A stretch of 32,000 nucleotides of DNA from Candidatus Saccharimonadota bacterium (GTDB taxonomy: Bacteria; Pseudomonadota; Gammaproteobacteria; Enterobacterales; Enterobacteriaceae), in assembly GCF_000973505.1 (NCBI RefSeq), contig NZ_CP010048.1:480001-512000 (forward strand), read 5' to 3'. The notes beneath the pieces were generated by a model. It was not told the DNA's origin, ran no database searches, and saw only the letters and a list, made by a program, of their open reading frames with translations. Shown here piece after piece: positions 21,097-31,024 of the stretch (the first letter of the stretch is position 1; each line of letters begins with the position of its first letter). The translations under genes and the position numbers were made by a program.

Positions 21097-21906
21097 ATGA
21101 AAATTATTTCTTTTAACGTGAATGGATTACGAGCACGATTACATCAATTGCACACACTTATTACACACTTTCAACCAGATGTTATAGCTCTACAAGAAAC
21201 AAAAGTACACGATCATGATTTTCCAACAGAAATATTTTTACAATATGGATACAACGTTTACTGTTATGGAAAAAAACAATACCATGGTGTTGCTTTACTC
21301 ACTCGTCAAAAATTATTAAAAATACAACGGGGATTATCTGATGATAATCAAATAACAAAACAGCGAATTATTATAGGTAATATTTCCACTAAAATAGGAA
21401 CAGTTACAATTATAAACGGATATTTTCCTCAAGGAGGAAATGTTAATCATCCTACAAAATTCATACATAAAAAATTATTTTATCAAAATTTACAACACTA
21501 TATTAAAAAAAATTATCATTCTAATTCTTTATTATTTGTTATGGGTGATATGAACATTAGCCCTGGAAACCTTGACATAGGTTTCGATAAAAAAGACCAA
21601 AACATTTGGTTACAGCAAGGAAAATGTTCATTTTTACCGGAAGAACAAAAATGGATCAATCAATTAATACGCTGGGGGCTAATAGATGTTTTTCGATATA
21701 TTCATCCAAGGAATAATCACAGATGTTATACATGGTTTGATTATCGATCAAACAATTTTAAAATAAATAAAGGTTTACGCATTGATTTATTATTAGCAAC
21801 ACATCCACTAACTATACACTGTCAAAACATTAATATTCAATATGAAATTAGAGCTATGCAAAAACCTTCTGATCATGTTCCAATTCTAGCAGAATTCAAA
21901 ATATGA
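21097..21906 (+). CDS. xthA: Exodeoxyribonuclease III
   Basis: 269-aa ORF. MKIISFNVNGLRAR, ALQETKVHD, GDMNISP, GKCSFLPEE, WFDYRS, GLRIDLLLA, KPSDHVP. Colinear with E. coli XthA. Confidence 0.96.
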   Translation: MKIISFNVNGLRARLHQLHTLITHFQPDVIALQETKVHDHDFPTEIFLQYGYNVYCYGKKQYHGVALLTRQKLLKIQRGLSDDNQITKQRIIIGNISTKIGTVTIINGYFPQGGNVNHPTKFIHKKLFYQNLQHYIKKNYHSNSLLFVMGDMNISPGNLDIGFDKKDQNIWLQQGKCSFLPEEQKWINQLIRWGLIDVFRYIHPRNNHRCYTWFDYRSNNFKINKGLRIDLLLATHPLTIHCQNINIQYEIRAMQKPSDHVPILAEFKI

Positions 21907-22120
21907 TAAATAATACGATACTGTTTATTCATTGTACAAAATAATTAATTAATAATGAAAAAATTAACAAAAACTAATAAAATATTAATACAACATAATT
22001 ATTTAACTTAGCTTGTAAATTTAAAATAATATTCTAATAATATAATTAAACTAATAATACATTAACTTACCACTAACACAATATATTCTCATAATTTATC
22101 TATATAATCATGGAAATTAT

Positions 22121-23986
22121 ATGTACACAGTATGGCAAATTACTATACAAATTATTAAACAATCTTTTAAAATACTAAATTATCTCCGTATATTAATCAC
22201 TAATTTACTATTCCTAATAACAATTATTAGTATTATAGGAATAGTTTTATATCTGAAAAAAACATATGATAAACCTCCAATAAAAGGAGCGTTAATTATG
22301 GACATTGCTGGAAATATCGTGGATCAACCAGCAGTGTATAACAAAATTCAACAATTAAAATATGACATATTTAAACTATCGAAAAATAAAATACAAGAAA
22401 ACTCATTGTTTGCTATCGCCGATATTTTACGTCAAGCAAAAAATGATGAAAATATCACAGGACTCATACTGTCATTAAAAAATTTATCATATGTTGATCA
22501 AACATCTTTAGAATATATCGGAAAAATCTTATACGAATTTCGAAACTCTGGAAAACCAATTTATGCTATCGGTGATTATTACACGCAAACCCAATATTTT
22601 CTCGCCAGTTATGCTAATAAAATTTATCTTACCCCTAATGGTTCAATTGACTTACACGGCATGGCTACAAATAAATTATATTTCAAACAATTATTAGATA
22701 AATTAAAAATTGACAGCCATATTTTTCGAGTAGGAAAATATAAATCCGCGGTTGAACCATTTTTAAGAAATAACATGTCCGAAGAAGCTAAAGATATAGA
22801 TAAATACTGGATTAATCAAATATGGAAAAACTACCTAAATACTGTATCCTATAATAGAGGAATTAATCCGGAACAATTATTTCCAGGCGCAAAAAAATTC
22901 TTGCACGATTTAAATAATTTCAATGGTGATTATTCTCAATATGCACTGCACAACAAATTAATTGACGTCATTGCTTCTAACACTAGCATAGAAGACATTA
23001 TGAAAAAAAAATTTGGGTGGAACAAAAAAGATAATACATTTAATTCGGTCAGTATATATGAATATCCATTAAGATCATCAAAAGCAAAAGAACACAATAA
23101 CCAAATTGCAGTTATTATAGCTAACGGAACAATTATAGATGGAGAAGATACATCAGGATCAATAGGCGGTGACAGCATAACAGAAAAAATCAAACACGCT
23201 AGATTAAATCCAAAAATAAAAGCTCTTATTTTACGAATAAACAGTCCAGGTGGTAGTTTTAGTGCCTCCGAACTAATTCGATCAGAACTAATAGCCATGC
23301 GTGAATCTAAAAAACCAATAGTTATATCCATGGGAGGAATAGCTGCATCCGGGGGATATTGGATATCAACACCAGCTAATATCATTATAGCTAACAATAA
23401 TACATTGACTGGTTCAATCGGTATTTTTGGAATAATCAATACCTTTGAAAAGGTCCTCAATAATTTCGGGATATACAATGATGGAGTAACGACTTCACCA
23501 TTAGTTAACATAGGAATTAATAAAACATTATCACCAGAATATATACAAATGATACAAATCAACATTAATAAATCATATGACTATTTTATTACTACTGTGG
23601 CTCAATCACGACATATAACACCAAATACTATAAGTGAAATCACACAAGGACAAATTTTTACTGGAACAGATGCTTTAAAATATAGATTAATAGATTATAT
23701 AGGCGATTTCGATTGTGCAATAGAAAAAGCCGCCGCACTTGCTAATTTAAAAATATATCAATTGAATTGGTATATTGAACAACCAAAAATACTTGATATC
23801 ATATTACTTCACATTATGGATATATTTCAAAATATGTTTCTTCAAACAAATTTTTCTAGCTATAAACATTTAACGCCAACAATCATTAATAGTAATACGT
23901 TACAACAATTTATTCCAAATAAAATTAACACAAAATTCACATGGAATGACCCCAATCATTGTTATGCATTAGCCATTATTGCGTAA
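22121..23986 (+). CDS. sppA: Signal peptide peptidase SppA (protease IV, 67K type)
   Basis: 621-aa ORF. N-terminal TM segment and duplicated S49 domains. FRVGKYKSAVEPF (catalytic Lys region) and SMGGIAASGGYWISTPAN (catalytic Ser region) are conserved. Confidence 0.95.
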   Translation: MYTVWQITIQIIKQSFKILNYLRILITNLLFLITIISIIGIVLYLKKTYDKPPIKGALIMDIAGNIVDQPAVYNKIQQLKYDIFKLSKNKIQENSLFAIADILRQAKNDENITGLILSLKNLSYVDQTSLEYIGKILYEFRNSGKPIYAIGDYYTQTQYFLASYANKIYLTPNGSIDLHGMATNKLYFKQLLDKLKIDSHIFRVGKYKSAVEPFLRNNMSEEAKDIDKYWINQIWKNYLNTVSYNRGINPEQLFPGAKKFLHDLNNFNGDYSQYALHNKLIDVIASNTSIEDIMKKKFGWNKKDNTFNSVSIYEYPLRSSKAKEHNNQIAVIIANGTIIDGEDTSGSIGGDSITEKIKHARLNPKIKALILRINSPGGSFSASELIRSELIAMRESKKPIVISMGGIAASGGYWISTPANIIIANNNTLTGSIGIFGIINTFEKVLNNFGIYNDGVTTSPLVNIGINKTLSPEYIQMIQININKSYDYFITTVAQSRHITPNTISEITQGQIFTGTDALKYRLIDYIGDFDCAIEKAAALANLKIYQLNWYIEQPKILDIILLHIMDIFQNMFLQTNFSSYKHLTPTIINSNTLQQFIPNKINTKFTWNDPNHCYALAIIA

Positions 23987-24369
23987 ACCAAAACATTATA
24001 CATTCAATAGATAAAAATGCAAAATAGTATGTTCAATTAACTATAACTGATAAACTACGCTATGCTTAAAAATTTAATGCACACATTACCGTTTTTATAA
24101 TTAAATTTTATTGATAAAAATTATTTTTTTAATTATATTATTTGTTGCACAGTTTTATTACAAAATCATTCAACAATACCAAAATGACGAATAGTGCGGT
24201 ATCTGTATTATTATAAAATAACATAGTACTCACGCCACCTTCAAAAAAACAGTGATTTTTATAATACTTCAACATTGAAATATATTTTTAAATAATACAA
24301 AAGATTACATGTAGATCACATAAAAATAGAATAAAATATAGCAATTCAAAATAATAATGGAACAAAAAT

Positions 24370-25365
24370 ATGAAAATTAAAATTGGAATTAACGGATTCG
24401 GACGAATTGGACGTGTAATACTACGAGAATCACAACACAGAGAGAACATTGATGTCACAGCTATTAACGATATACTAGATATTAATCAGATTGCATATAT
24501 GCTAAAATACGATTCAACACATGGAAAATTCAACGGAACAATCAATACAAAAAACAACTATCTAATAATTAACAATAAACCAATACATTACACATCAGAA
24601 AAAAACCCAAAAAAATTGCAATGGAAAAATCTTAACGTTGACGTCGTAATTGAAGCAACAGGAATATTTCTAACATATGAACAAGCCCATCATCATATAA
24701 TAGCCGGAGCTAAAAAAGTAGTATTAACAGGACCTTCTAAAGATAACACGCCAATGTTTGTAATGGGTGTCAATGAAAATTTATACAAAAATGAAAAAAT
24801 AATATCTAATGCATCATGTACAACAAATTGTCTAGCACCATTAGCTAAAACTATCAATGATAATTTTGGCATTATAGAAGGATTAATGACAACTGTACAT
24901 GCAACAACTGCAACACAAAAAACAGTAGACTCACCTGGAAAAGACGATTGGAGAAGTGGGCGAGGTGCTTATCAAAACATTATTCCATCCTCTACTGGCG
25001 CTGCAAAAGCAGTGGGTAAAATAATAAAAGAACTTGACGGAAAATTAACAGGTATATCCTTCCGAGTACCAATAGCTAATGTTTCTGTTGTAGATTTAAC
25101 GGTACGTTTAAAACAAAATGCCTCATATAAAAATATTTGTGATTGCATAAAAAATGCATCACAAGGACATCTAAAAGGGATCATGGGATATACAGATGAG
25201 GATGTAGTGTCTAGCGATTTTAATGGAGAAACATTAACATCAGTTTTTGATGCCAAGGCTAGTATTCTGTTAAATGAACGATTTGTAAAACTAATAGCAT
25301 GGTACGATAATGAAACTGGATACTCTAATAAAGTATTGGACTTAATAACCCATATCATGAAGTAA
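24370..25365 (+). CDS. gapA: Glyceraldehyde-3-phosphate dehydrogenase A
   Basis: 331-aa [13 protein letters not shown], active site [21 protein letters not shown]. Confidence 0.97.
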   Translation: MKIKIGINGFGRIGRVILRESQHRENIDVTAINDILDINQIAYMLKYDSTHGKFNGTINTKNNYLIINNKPIHYTSEKNPKKLQWKNLNVDVVIEATGIFLTYEQAHHHIIAGAKKVVLTGPSKDNTPMFVMGVNENLYKNEKIISNASCTTNCLAPLAKTINDNFGIIEGLMTTVHATTATQKTVDSPGKDDWRSGRGAYQNIIPSSTGAAKAVGKIIKELDGKLTGISFRVPIANVSVVDLTVRLKQNASYKNICDCIKNASQGHLKGIMGYTDEDVVSSDFNGETLTSVFDAKASILLNERFVKLIAWYDNETGYSNKVLDLITHIMK

Positions 25366-25616
25366 AATTACAATTATAATAACACATGTTCTATTTCATA
25401 TTTTATAGAAATACAATATAAAATACGCAATAAAAAAATATCAATATTATACACAAATATATAACTATGTAACTATTATTACAATATATGATAAAATATT
25501 CAAATAACAGTATTAACACGTTCATTATAGCAATCATTATGTATTATTAATATCATTAAATACATTAACTAATAAAACTATAAATACTAATATTATTGTT
25601 ATACATAATCACATAT

Positions 25617-26150
25617 ATGATAAATACGATAGTGTTTTATTTTTTTAAAAAACGACAAGTCTGGTTATTATTAATGACCAGTGCATTAATACTAGAATCA
25701 ATTGCACTGTATATCCAACACATAACTTTATTAAAACCTTGCGTTCTCTGCATCTACCAACGATGCGCATTGTTCGGAATCATACTAACCGGACTATTTA
25801 TAATTATGACACCATCATATGCTATATTTAGAATAATTGGACTATTAACCTGGATATATAGCGCCTGGCAAGGGTTATTCTTAGCAAAAAAACAAAACGA
25901 TATACATCTACACCCTTCTCCATTCACCACATGCGATCTTTTTGTACAATTTCCAACATGGTTACCGCTAGATACATGGATACCTTCTATTTTCTACGCT
26001 TATGGAGACTGCACGGAAAACAAATGGTTTTTTTTAACACTAGATATGTCACAATGGATGATTATTATTTTTTTTATTTATCTCATTATTCCCACTATAC
26101 CGTTGATACTATATATTATACATATACTATCTAAAGATAAATTAAAATGA
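25617..26150 (+). CDS. dsbB: Disulfide bond formation protein B
   Basis: The ATG at 25617 gives a 177-aa product aligned end-to-end with E. coli DsbB (~176 aa). Motifs LLKPCVLCIYQRCALFG (first Cys pair) and PSPFTTCD...GDCTE (second pair). The track start at 25596 is a TTG extension. Confidence 0.92.
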   Translation: MINTIVFYFFKKRQVWLLLMTSALILESIALYIQHITLLKPCVLCIYQRCALFGIILTGLFIIMTPSYAIFRIIGLLTWIYSAWQGLFLAKKQNDIHLHPSPFTTCDLFVQFPTWLPLDTWIPSIFYAYGDCTENKWFFLTLDMSQWMIIIFFIYLIIPTIPLILYIIHILSKDKLK

Positions 26151-26370
26151 CAAACACATCACATAACAACAATAATAATAAACAATACCTAAATAAATTA
26201 TTTTGATTCCAAAAAATCAACATTTATTGGTATCACAAAAACAATAACATTGCTAGAATTATACGAATTACAACAATGTCATAAAAAAATAACTTAAACA
26301 TACTTCACACCATTTATACGAAAATATATTCATTATATATAATATACATTACATAACATCTTCACTAAAA

Positions 26371-27075
26371 ATGATTGCCAAAAATTTAATACATCTACAA
26401 ATAAGCAATTTTAATTTACCAGTAATTCACATTATTAATGCAACATCACACAATGATATAGAAAATACAATAAAAAAAAACATGCAAGAAACACGTGATT
26501 TTCTAAAATACACACCAGTTGTCATTAATGTAGCTAATCTTACCCATAAAAATAATTGGGAAAAACTATATCAATCTATATTAGAAACAAAACTATATGT
26601 AATAGGAGCATGTTCTTGTAACGATAACAAATTAAAAAAAATAATCATAAAAAGCGGATTACCTATACTAACTGAAAACATATTATCACAACACCATTCA
26701 TTATATAATTCTCAAAAAAAACTAATAAAACAAATAAAAAACACAAATAACAACACACAACTAATACACACCCCAATACGATCCGGACAACAAATTTATG
26801 CACGTAACAGAGATTTAATTATCATCAATGATGTAAGTGCTGGAGCCGAAATTATTGCAGACGGAAATATTCATATTTATGGTATAATGCGCGGTCGAAT
26901 ATTGGCGGGCGCATCAGGTAATACAACATGTCAAATTTTCTGTACACAATTTTTTCCCGAACTCATATCTATTGACGGAAATTACTGGATAGGTGATCAA
27001 ATTCCAAAAAAATTTATGGGAAAATCAGTTAGAGTTAGCCTACAAAATAACACATTAATTATTCATTCTTTATAA
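26371..27075 (+). CDS. minC: Septum site-determining protein MinC
   Basis: 234-aa ORF. The C-terminal beta-helix region RSGQQIYARNRDLIIINDVSAGAEIIADGNIHIYGIMRGRILAGASGN is typical of MinC. It sits immediately upstream of minD and minE. Confidence 0.92.
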   Translation: MIAKNLIHLQISNFNLPVIHIINATSHNDIENTIKKNMQETRDFLKYTPVVINVANLTHKNNWEKLYQSILETKLYVIGACSCNDNKLKKIIIKSGLPILTENILSQHHSLYNSQKKLIKQIKNTNNNTQLIHTPIRSGQQIYARNRDLIIINDVSAGAEIIADGNIHIYGIMRGRILAGASGNTTCQIFCTQFFPELISIDGNYWIGDQIPKKFMGKSVRVSLQNNTLIIHSL

Positions 27076-27118
27076 TAATTCATCTAACATTTAACAACAA
27101 CAGGAATGCATTTTTTTT

Positions 27119-27934
27119 ATGACACGAATAATAGTTATTACCTCAGGTAAAGGAGGAGTAGGAAAAACAACATCAAGTGCTGCTATTGCCACTGGATTAG
27201 CCCGAAAGGGAAAAAAAACAGCGGTAATTGATTTTGATATTGGTCTACGTAATCTCGACTTAATTATGGGATGTGAAAGACGGGTGGTATATGACTTCAT
27301 AAATGTTATACATGGAGATGCTAATTTAAACCAAGCACTGATTAAAGATAAACATACCGAAAAACTATATATCTTACCAGCTTCACAAACACGAGATAAG
27401 AACGCTTTAACACACGCTGGAATAAAACAAGTACTTAAAACACTCAATCAAATGGAATTTGAATTTATAGTATGTGACTCCCCAGCAGGCATTGAAACAG
27501 GAGCACTTATGGCGCTATATTTTGCTGATGAAGCAATTATCATTACCAATCCAGAAATCTCTTCAGTACATGATTCAGATCGAATCCTGGGTATTTTATC
27601 TTCTAAATCACAGCGCGCTGAAAATAACAACACAGACACAATTAAAGAACACCTGCTACTTACCCGTTATGATCCAACCCGGGTTAATCAAGGAGATATG
27701 CTAAGTATGGAAGATGTAGTTGATGTTTTAAAAATTCCTTTATTAGGGGTAATCCCAGAAGACCAAGCAGTACTAAAAGCATCCAACCAAGGGACTCCAA
27801 TTATCCTTGACACAAAATCAAATGCAGGACAAGCATATTTAGATATGGTAGACCGCCTTTTAGGAAAAGAAAGACCGTTAAGATTTATTAAAGAAAAAAA
27901 ACAAGGATTCTTAAAACGATTTTTTAGGAGATAA
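27119..27934 (+). CDS. minD: Septum site-determining ATPase MinD
   Basis: 271-aa ORF. MTRIIVITSGKGGVGKTTSSAAIATGLA (deviant Walker A), IDFDIGLRNLDLIMGCERRVVYDF, CDSPAGIE, C-terminal amphipathic GFLKRFF. Very close to E. coli MinD. Confidence 0.97.
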   Translation: MTRIIVITSGKGGVGKTTSSAAIATGLARKGKKTAVIDFDIGLRNLDLIMGCERRVVYDFINVIHGDANLNQALIKDKHTEKLYILPASQTRDKNALTHAGIKQVLKTLNQMEFEFIVCDSPAGIETGALMALYFADEAIIITNPEISSVHDSDRILGILSSKSQRAENNNTDTIKEHLLLTRYDPTRVNQGDMLSMEDVVDVLKIPLLGVIPEDQAVLKASNQGTPIILDTKSNAGQAYLDMVDRLLGKERPLRFIKEKKQGFLKRFFRR

Positions 27935-27938
27935 TGCA

Positions 27939-28202
27939 ATGTATTTAATAAGCTTGTTGATGATACGCAAAAAAACACCCGCTAACATCGCTAAACAACG
28001 ATTAAAAACTATCGTTACTAAACAACGATTATTAAACAATCAAATCCCCAACTATCTTCCTCAACTAAAACGCGATATACTCAATGTAGTATGCAAATAT
28101 ACACAAATTAACTCCAAAACAATCTCAATGCAATTCGAAAAAAAAAATGACAACACATCTAGACTGGAACTGAATATCATTTTAAACGAACAAAAAAAAT
28201 AA
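27939..28202 (+). CDS. minE: Cell division topological specificity factor MinE
   Basis: 87-aa ORF. ...RKKTPANIAKQRLKTIV...YLPQLKRDILNVVCKY... is colinear with E. coli MinE. AGGAG lies upstream and the ATG is 4 nt after the minD stop. Confidence 0.92.
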   Translation: MYLISLLMIRKKTPANIAKQRLKTIVTKQRLLNNQIPNYLPQLKRDILNVVCKYTQINSKTISMQFEKKNDNTSRLELNIILNEQKK

Positions 28203-28340
28203 TACTTATCACGAAGTACGATGTTATCCAACATACCTAATAAATATTTTAAAATCTCTCAATATAAAATATACTAACATTCTAGTTAACATTAAAGACC
28301 TATATATGCCAAATGACACTATTGCAGAAAATAACAGTTA

Positions 28341-29021
28341 TCATAACCTCTTTGATCTAAAATACACCGGTTCTACTTGATCCACAGAAAGTATATCACC
28401 ATTCTTCCAACTTTCTACAGCAATTGATAACATGTCTTTTGCTAATGGAAATAGTATTTTTCTTGTACTAATTTGCAATATGCTCTTAGAGAGCAAAACT
28501 GGATACTCCCAACCTTGACCAACTAAAACCCATTCTCCACGTAACTTAGAAATTAATATTAACATATCCTCAATCGTAACAATCGATTCAGTATCTTTCC
28601 CTAACCACAAATCATCAATTTCATCACGATGATAACATGCTAAATATAATTCCCCTAATCCAGCGCCAATAACCGCCAATACTTGAGGTGCTTGAATTAA
28701 TCTCCAAATACCTTGAGCTAAAACCTCTAAACTAGATACTTCTATTAATGGCAAATTGGCTCCTAATGCTAACCCTTGAGCTAAACTTATTCCAATACGA
28801 ACACCTACAAAACTACCAGGACCCCGACAAACAACCAAACAATCAAGTGATTGTAATGTACAATCAGCCTCTAACAATAAACAATCTATCATTGACAAAA
28901 TATTTTTCTCATGTTGATACGGTATTAATATACAACGCTCAGTAATAATACCATCAATTAACAATGCTACCGAACACATTGCTGTAGAAGTGTTAAATGC
29001 TAACATCTTAAGAGACAACAT
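28341..29021 (-). CDS. tsaB: tRNA N6-threonylcarbamoyladenosine (t6A) synthesis protein TsaB (YeaZ)
   Basis: 226-aa ORF. MLAFNTSTAMCSVAL..., RGPGSFVGVRIGISLAQGLALGANLPLIEVSSLEVLAQ, and EPVYFR near the C-terminus. Colinear with E. coli YeaZ. An alternative in-frame ATG at 29006 gives a product 5 aa shorter. Confidence 0.88.
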   Translation of the reverse strand: MLSLKMLAFNTSTAMCSVALLIDGIITERCILIPYQHEKNILSMIDCLLLEADCTLQSLDCLVVCRGPGSFVGVRIGISLAQGLALGANLPLIEVSSLEVLAQGIWRLIQAPQVLAVIGAGLGELYLACYHRDEIDDLWLGKDTESIVTIEDMLILISKLRGEWVLVGQGWEYPVLLSKSILQISTRKILFPLAKDMLSIAVESWKNGDILSVDQVEPVYFRSKRL

Positions 29022-29327
29022 ATTTAAAAACCAACTTAATTAACTAACATGTATCAAATAATAATTAATCTATATAATTTATAAAAAATACATTAAATAC
29101 ATACTAATAAATACAACTTAATCAATTTCAATAAATTATATTAAAAAACAAAATACTAATTCTTCATCGTTAAAACAATAAAAAACATTAAAAAATTATT
29201 AAAAAATCATAAAATAATTTATTTTTAATGCTATCACCTTTAAAAACTTATCTTTAATATCAATTTCTTATATACTAATATTTATTATAATACATTTATT
29301 ATGATACTATATCTATTATAGTTTATA

Positions 29328-29360
29328 ATTATTATAATAAATAAATTATTATAATAAATA
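29328..29360. repeat. Tandem duplication ATTATTATAATAAATA(A) x2 (29328-29344, 29345-29360)
   Basis: Read directly from the sequence in the divergent tsaB / pabB spacer. Low-complexity AT sequence. Confidence 0.8.
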
Positions 29361-29500
29361 TATGTACTCAATACGATTCTTCACAATAAAATATTGACTA
29401 CTGTAATAAAAATTTATAGTATTATTTAATAATCACATTTAAACTAAATACATTGCTCTACAAAAAATTATACAATTTATTTATCAACATATTTAATACA

Positions 29501-30895
29501 ATGTTTTTTAGACAATTCCCATATCACAAAAATGCTATATTAGACTTTTTTATTCCATTGTCCAATAAACCTTGGGCTATGTTACTCCATTCTGGATACA
29601 GTAAACATAAAGATGCTAGATTTGATATCTTAGTAGCCTCTCCAAATACAACATTAACAACAACGCAAGGAATCACTATAATTCATAATAAAAATAAAAA
29701 TTACTATAAAAAAAGTAATAATGACCCATTTTTTTTGTTAAAAAAAGAAATTGAACTCTCTAATATGCAATCTACTACAAACCCACAATTACCATTCCAA
29801 GGAGGATATGTAGGAATATTTGGATACGACCTAATACGAAACATTGAAAATCTACCAAAAATAGCAAAGAAAGATATCAATCTTCCAGATATGGCAATCG
29901 GACTATATCGTTGGGCAATTATTGCAGATCACAAATATCATACATTACAATTAATTAGTCACGATGAACCCAATGAACTAATAATTTGGCTTAATAATTT
30001 GATTCATTCATTTTACAAAGATTCATTTACACTTAAAGGTCCATGGATAAGTAATATCACTCGAAATGAATATAGTAAAAAATTTCATATAATACATAAA
30101 CATTTAAAAGAAGGTAACTGCTATCAAATATGCCTTTCACAACGTTTCTCTGCACCATACATCGGAAATGAATGGATTGCTTTCGAACATTTATTAAGAC
30201 ATAATTATGCACCATTCTCAGCATTTATTCGATTGCCTGATCAAGTTATACTTAGTTTATCGCCCGAAAGATTTTTATGTTTACAAAACTCAAATATTAA
30301 AACCCAACCAATCAAAGGCACAATATCTAGATCACAAAATCATAAAATAGATGATCAATATAAAAAATATTTGGCTAATTCAAACAAAAATAAAGCAGAA
30401 AATCTTATGATTGTTGATTTACTGCGCAATGATATTGGGCGAGTGGCAATACCCGGTAGTATTCAAGTCCAAAAACTATTTGAAATCCAAACATTTCCAA
30501 GTGTTCATCATATGGTAAGCACAATTACGGGACAACTCAATAGCATTCATTCTGCGTATGACCTGTTACGTGCTTGCTTTCCTGGAGGATCAATTACTGG
30601 TGCACCTAAAATAACAGCCATGAAAATTATTGAAGAACTAGAACCACATAGACGAAATGCTTGGTCTGGAAGTATAGGCTATATAAGCTGTTGTGGGAAT
30701 ATGGATACTAATATTGCTATACGCACACTGTTAGCTGAAAACAATACACTTTTCTGTTCAGTAGGTAGCGGAATAACATTCGATAGCCAGGAAAAAACAG
30801 AATATCAAGAAATGATCACTAAAGTATCCACATTGTTACCATTGTTAAATACTCCAATAATATTTTCTACAAATAAAATTAACACATCTAACTAA
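29501..30895 (+). CDS. pabB: Aminodeoxychorismate synthase component I
   Basis: PWAMLLHSGY, LPFQGGYVGIFGYDL, LPDMAIGLYRWAI, CYQICLSQRF, PFSAFIRL, SLSPERF, QPIKGT, ENLMIVDLLRNDIGRVA, FPGGSITGAPKITAM, EPHRRNAWSGSIGY. Matches E. coli PabB block for block, in contrast to TrpE. The ATG at 29501 fits the homologous N-terminus, whereas the track start at 29453 is a TTG. Confidence 0.9.
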   Translation: MFFRQFPYHKNAILDFFIPLSNKPWAMLLHSGYSKHKDARFDILVASPNTTLTTTQGITIIHNKNKNYYKKSNNDPFFLLKKEIELSNMQSTTNPQLPFQGGYVGIFGYDLIRNIENLPKIAKKDINLPDMAIGLYRWAIIADHKYHTLQLISHDEPNELIIWLNNLIHSFYKDSFTLKGPWISNITRNEYSKKFHIIHKHLKEGNCYQICLSQRFSAPYIGNEWIAFEHLLRHNYAPFSAFIRLPDQVILSLSPERFLCLQNSNIKTQPIKGTISRSQNHKIDDQYKKYLANSNKNKAENLMIVDLLRNDIGRVAIPGSIQVQKLFEIQTFPSVHHMVSTITGQLNSIHSAYDLLRACFPGGSITGAPKITAMKIIEELEPHRRNAWSGSIGYISCCGNMDTNIAIRTLLAENNTLFCSVGSGITFDSQEKTEYQEMITKVSTLLPLLNTPIIFSTNKINTSN

Positions 30896-31024
30896 ACAAT
30901 TATATTCAATAACATTTATCAATATAATTATTACAATACGCCTCACACAAATATTAATATACACAACCAACTATTAAGCACCATAATACACAATAATTTT
31001 CAACTACAAGTTTCCACTTATTTA

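Noticed and set aside
22936-23565. 209-aa ORF antisense to sppA, the longest unassigned ORF
   Set aside because: It lies fully inside, and opposite to, a well-conserved sppA segment that includes its catalytic Ser region. The translation has no recognisable family features. Long antisense ORFs opposite conserved genes are a common artefact.
25596-25616. TTG-initiated N-terminal extensions proposed by the ORF track for dsbB (25596), pabB (29453) and ugd (19737)
   Set aside because: In each case an in-frame ATG a few codons downstream reproduces the homologous N-terminus and length, and the extensions have no homology support.
1956-28945. Other short track ORFs nested in or antisense to assigned genes (1956-2138, 5045-5401, 5881-6123, 6323-6511, 13330-13560, 13452-13673, 15738-15932, 16469-16753, 19184-19390, 24972-25358, 25931-26134, 27091-27447, 27448-27639, 27474-27704, 27688-27978, 28748-28945)
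   Set aside because: Each overlaps a CDS with strong homology-type evidence in another frame or strand. All are 60-128 aa with low-complexity or Cys/Ser-rich nonsense translations.
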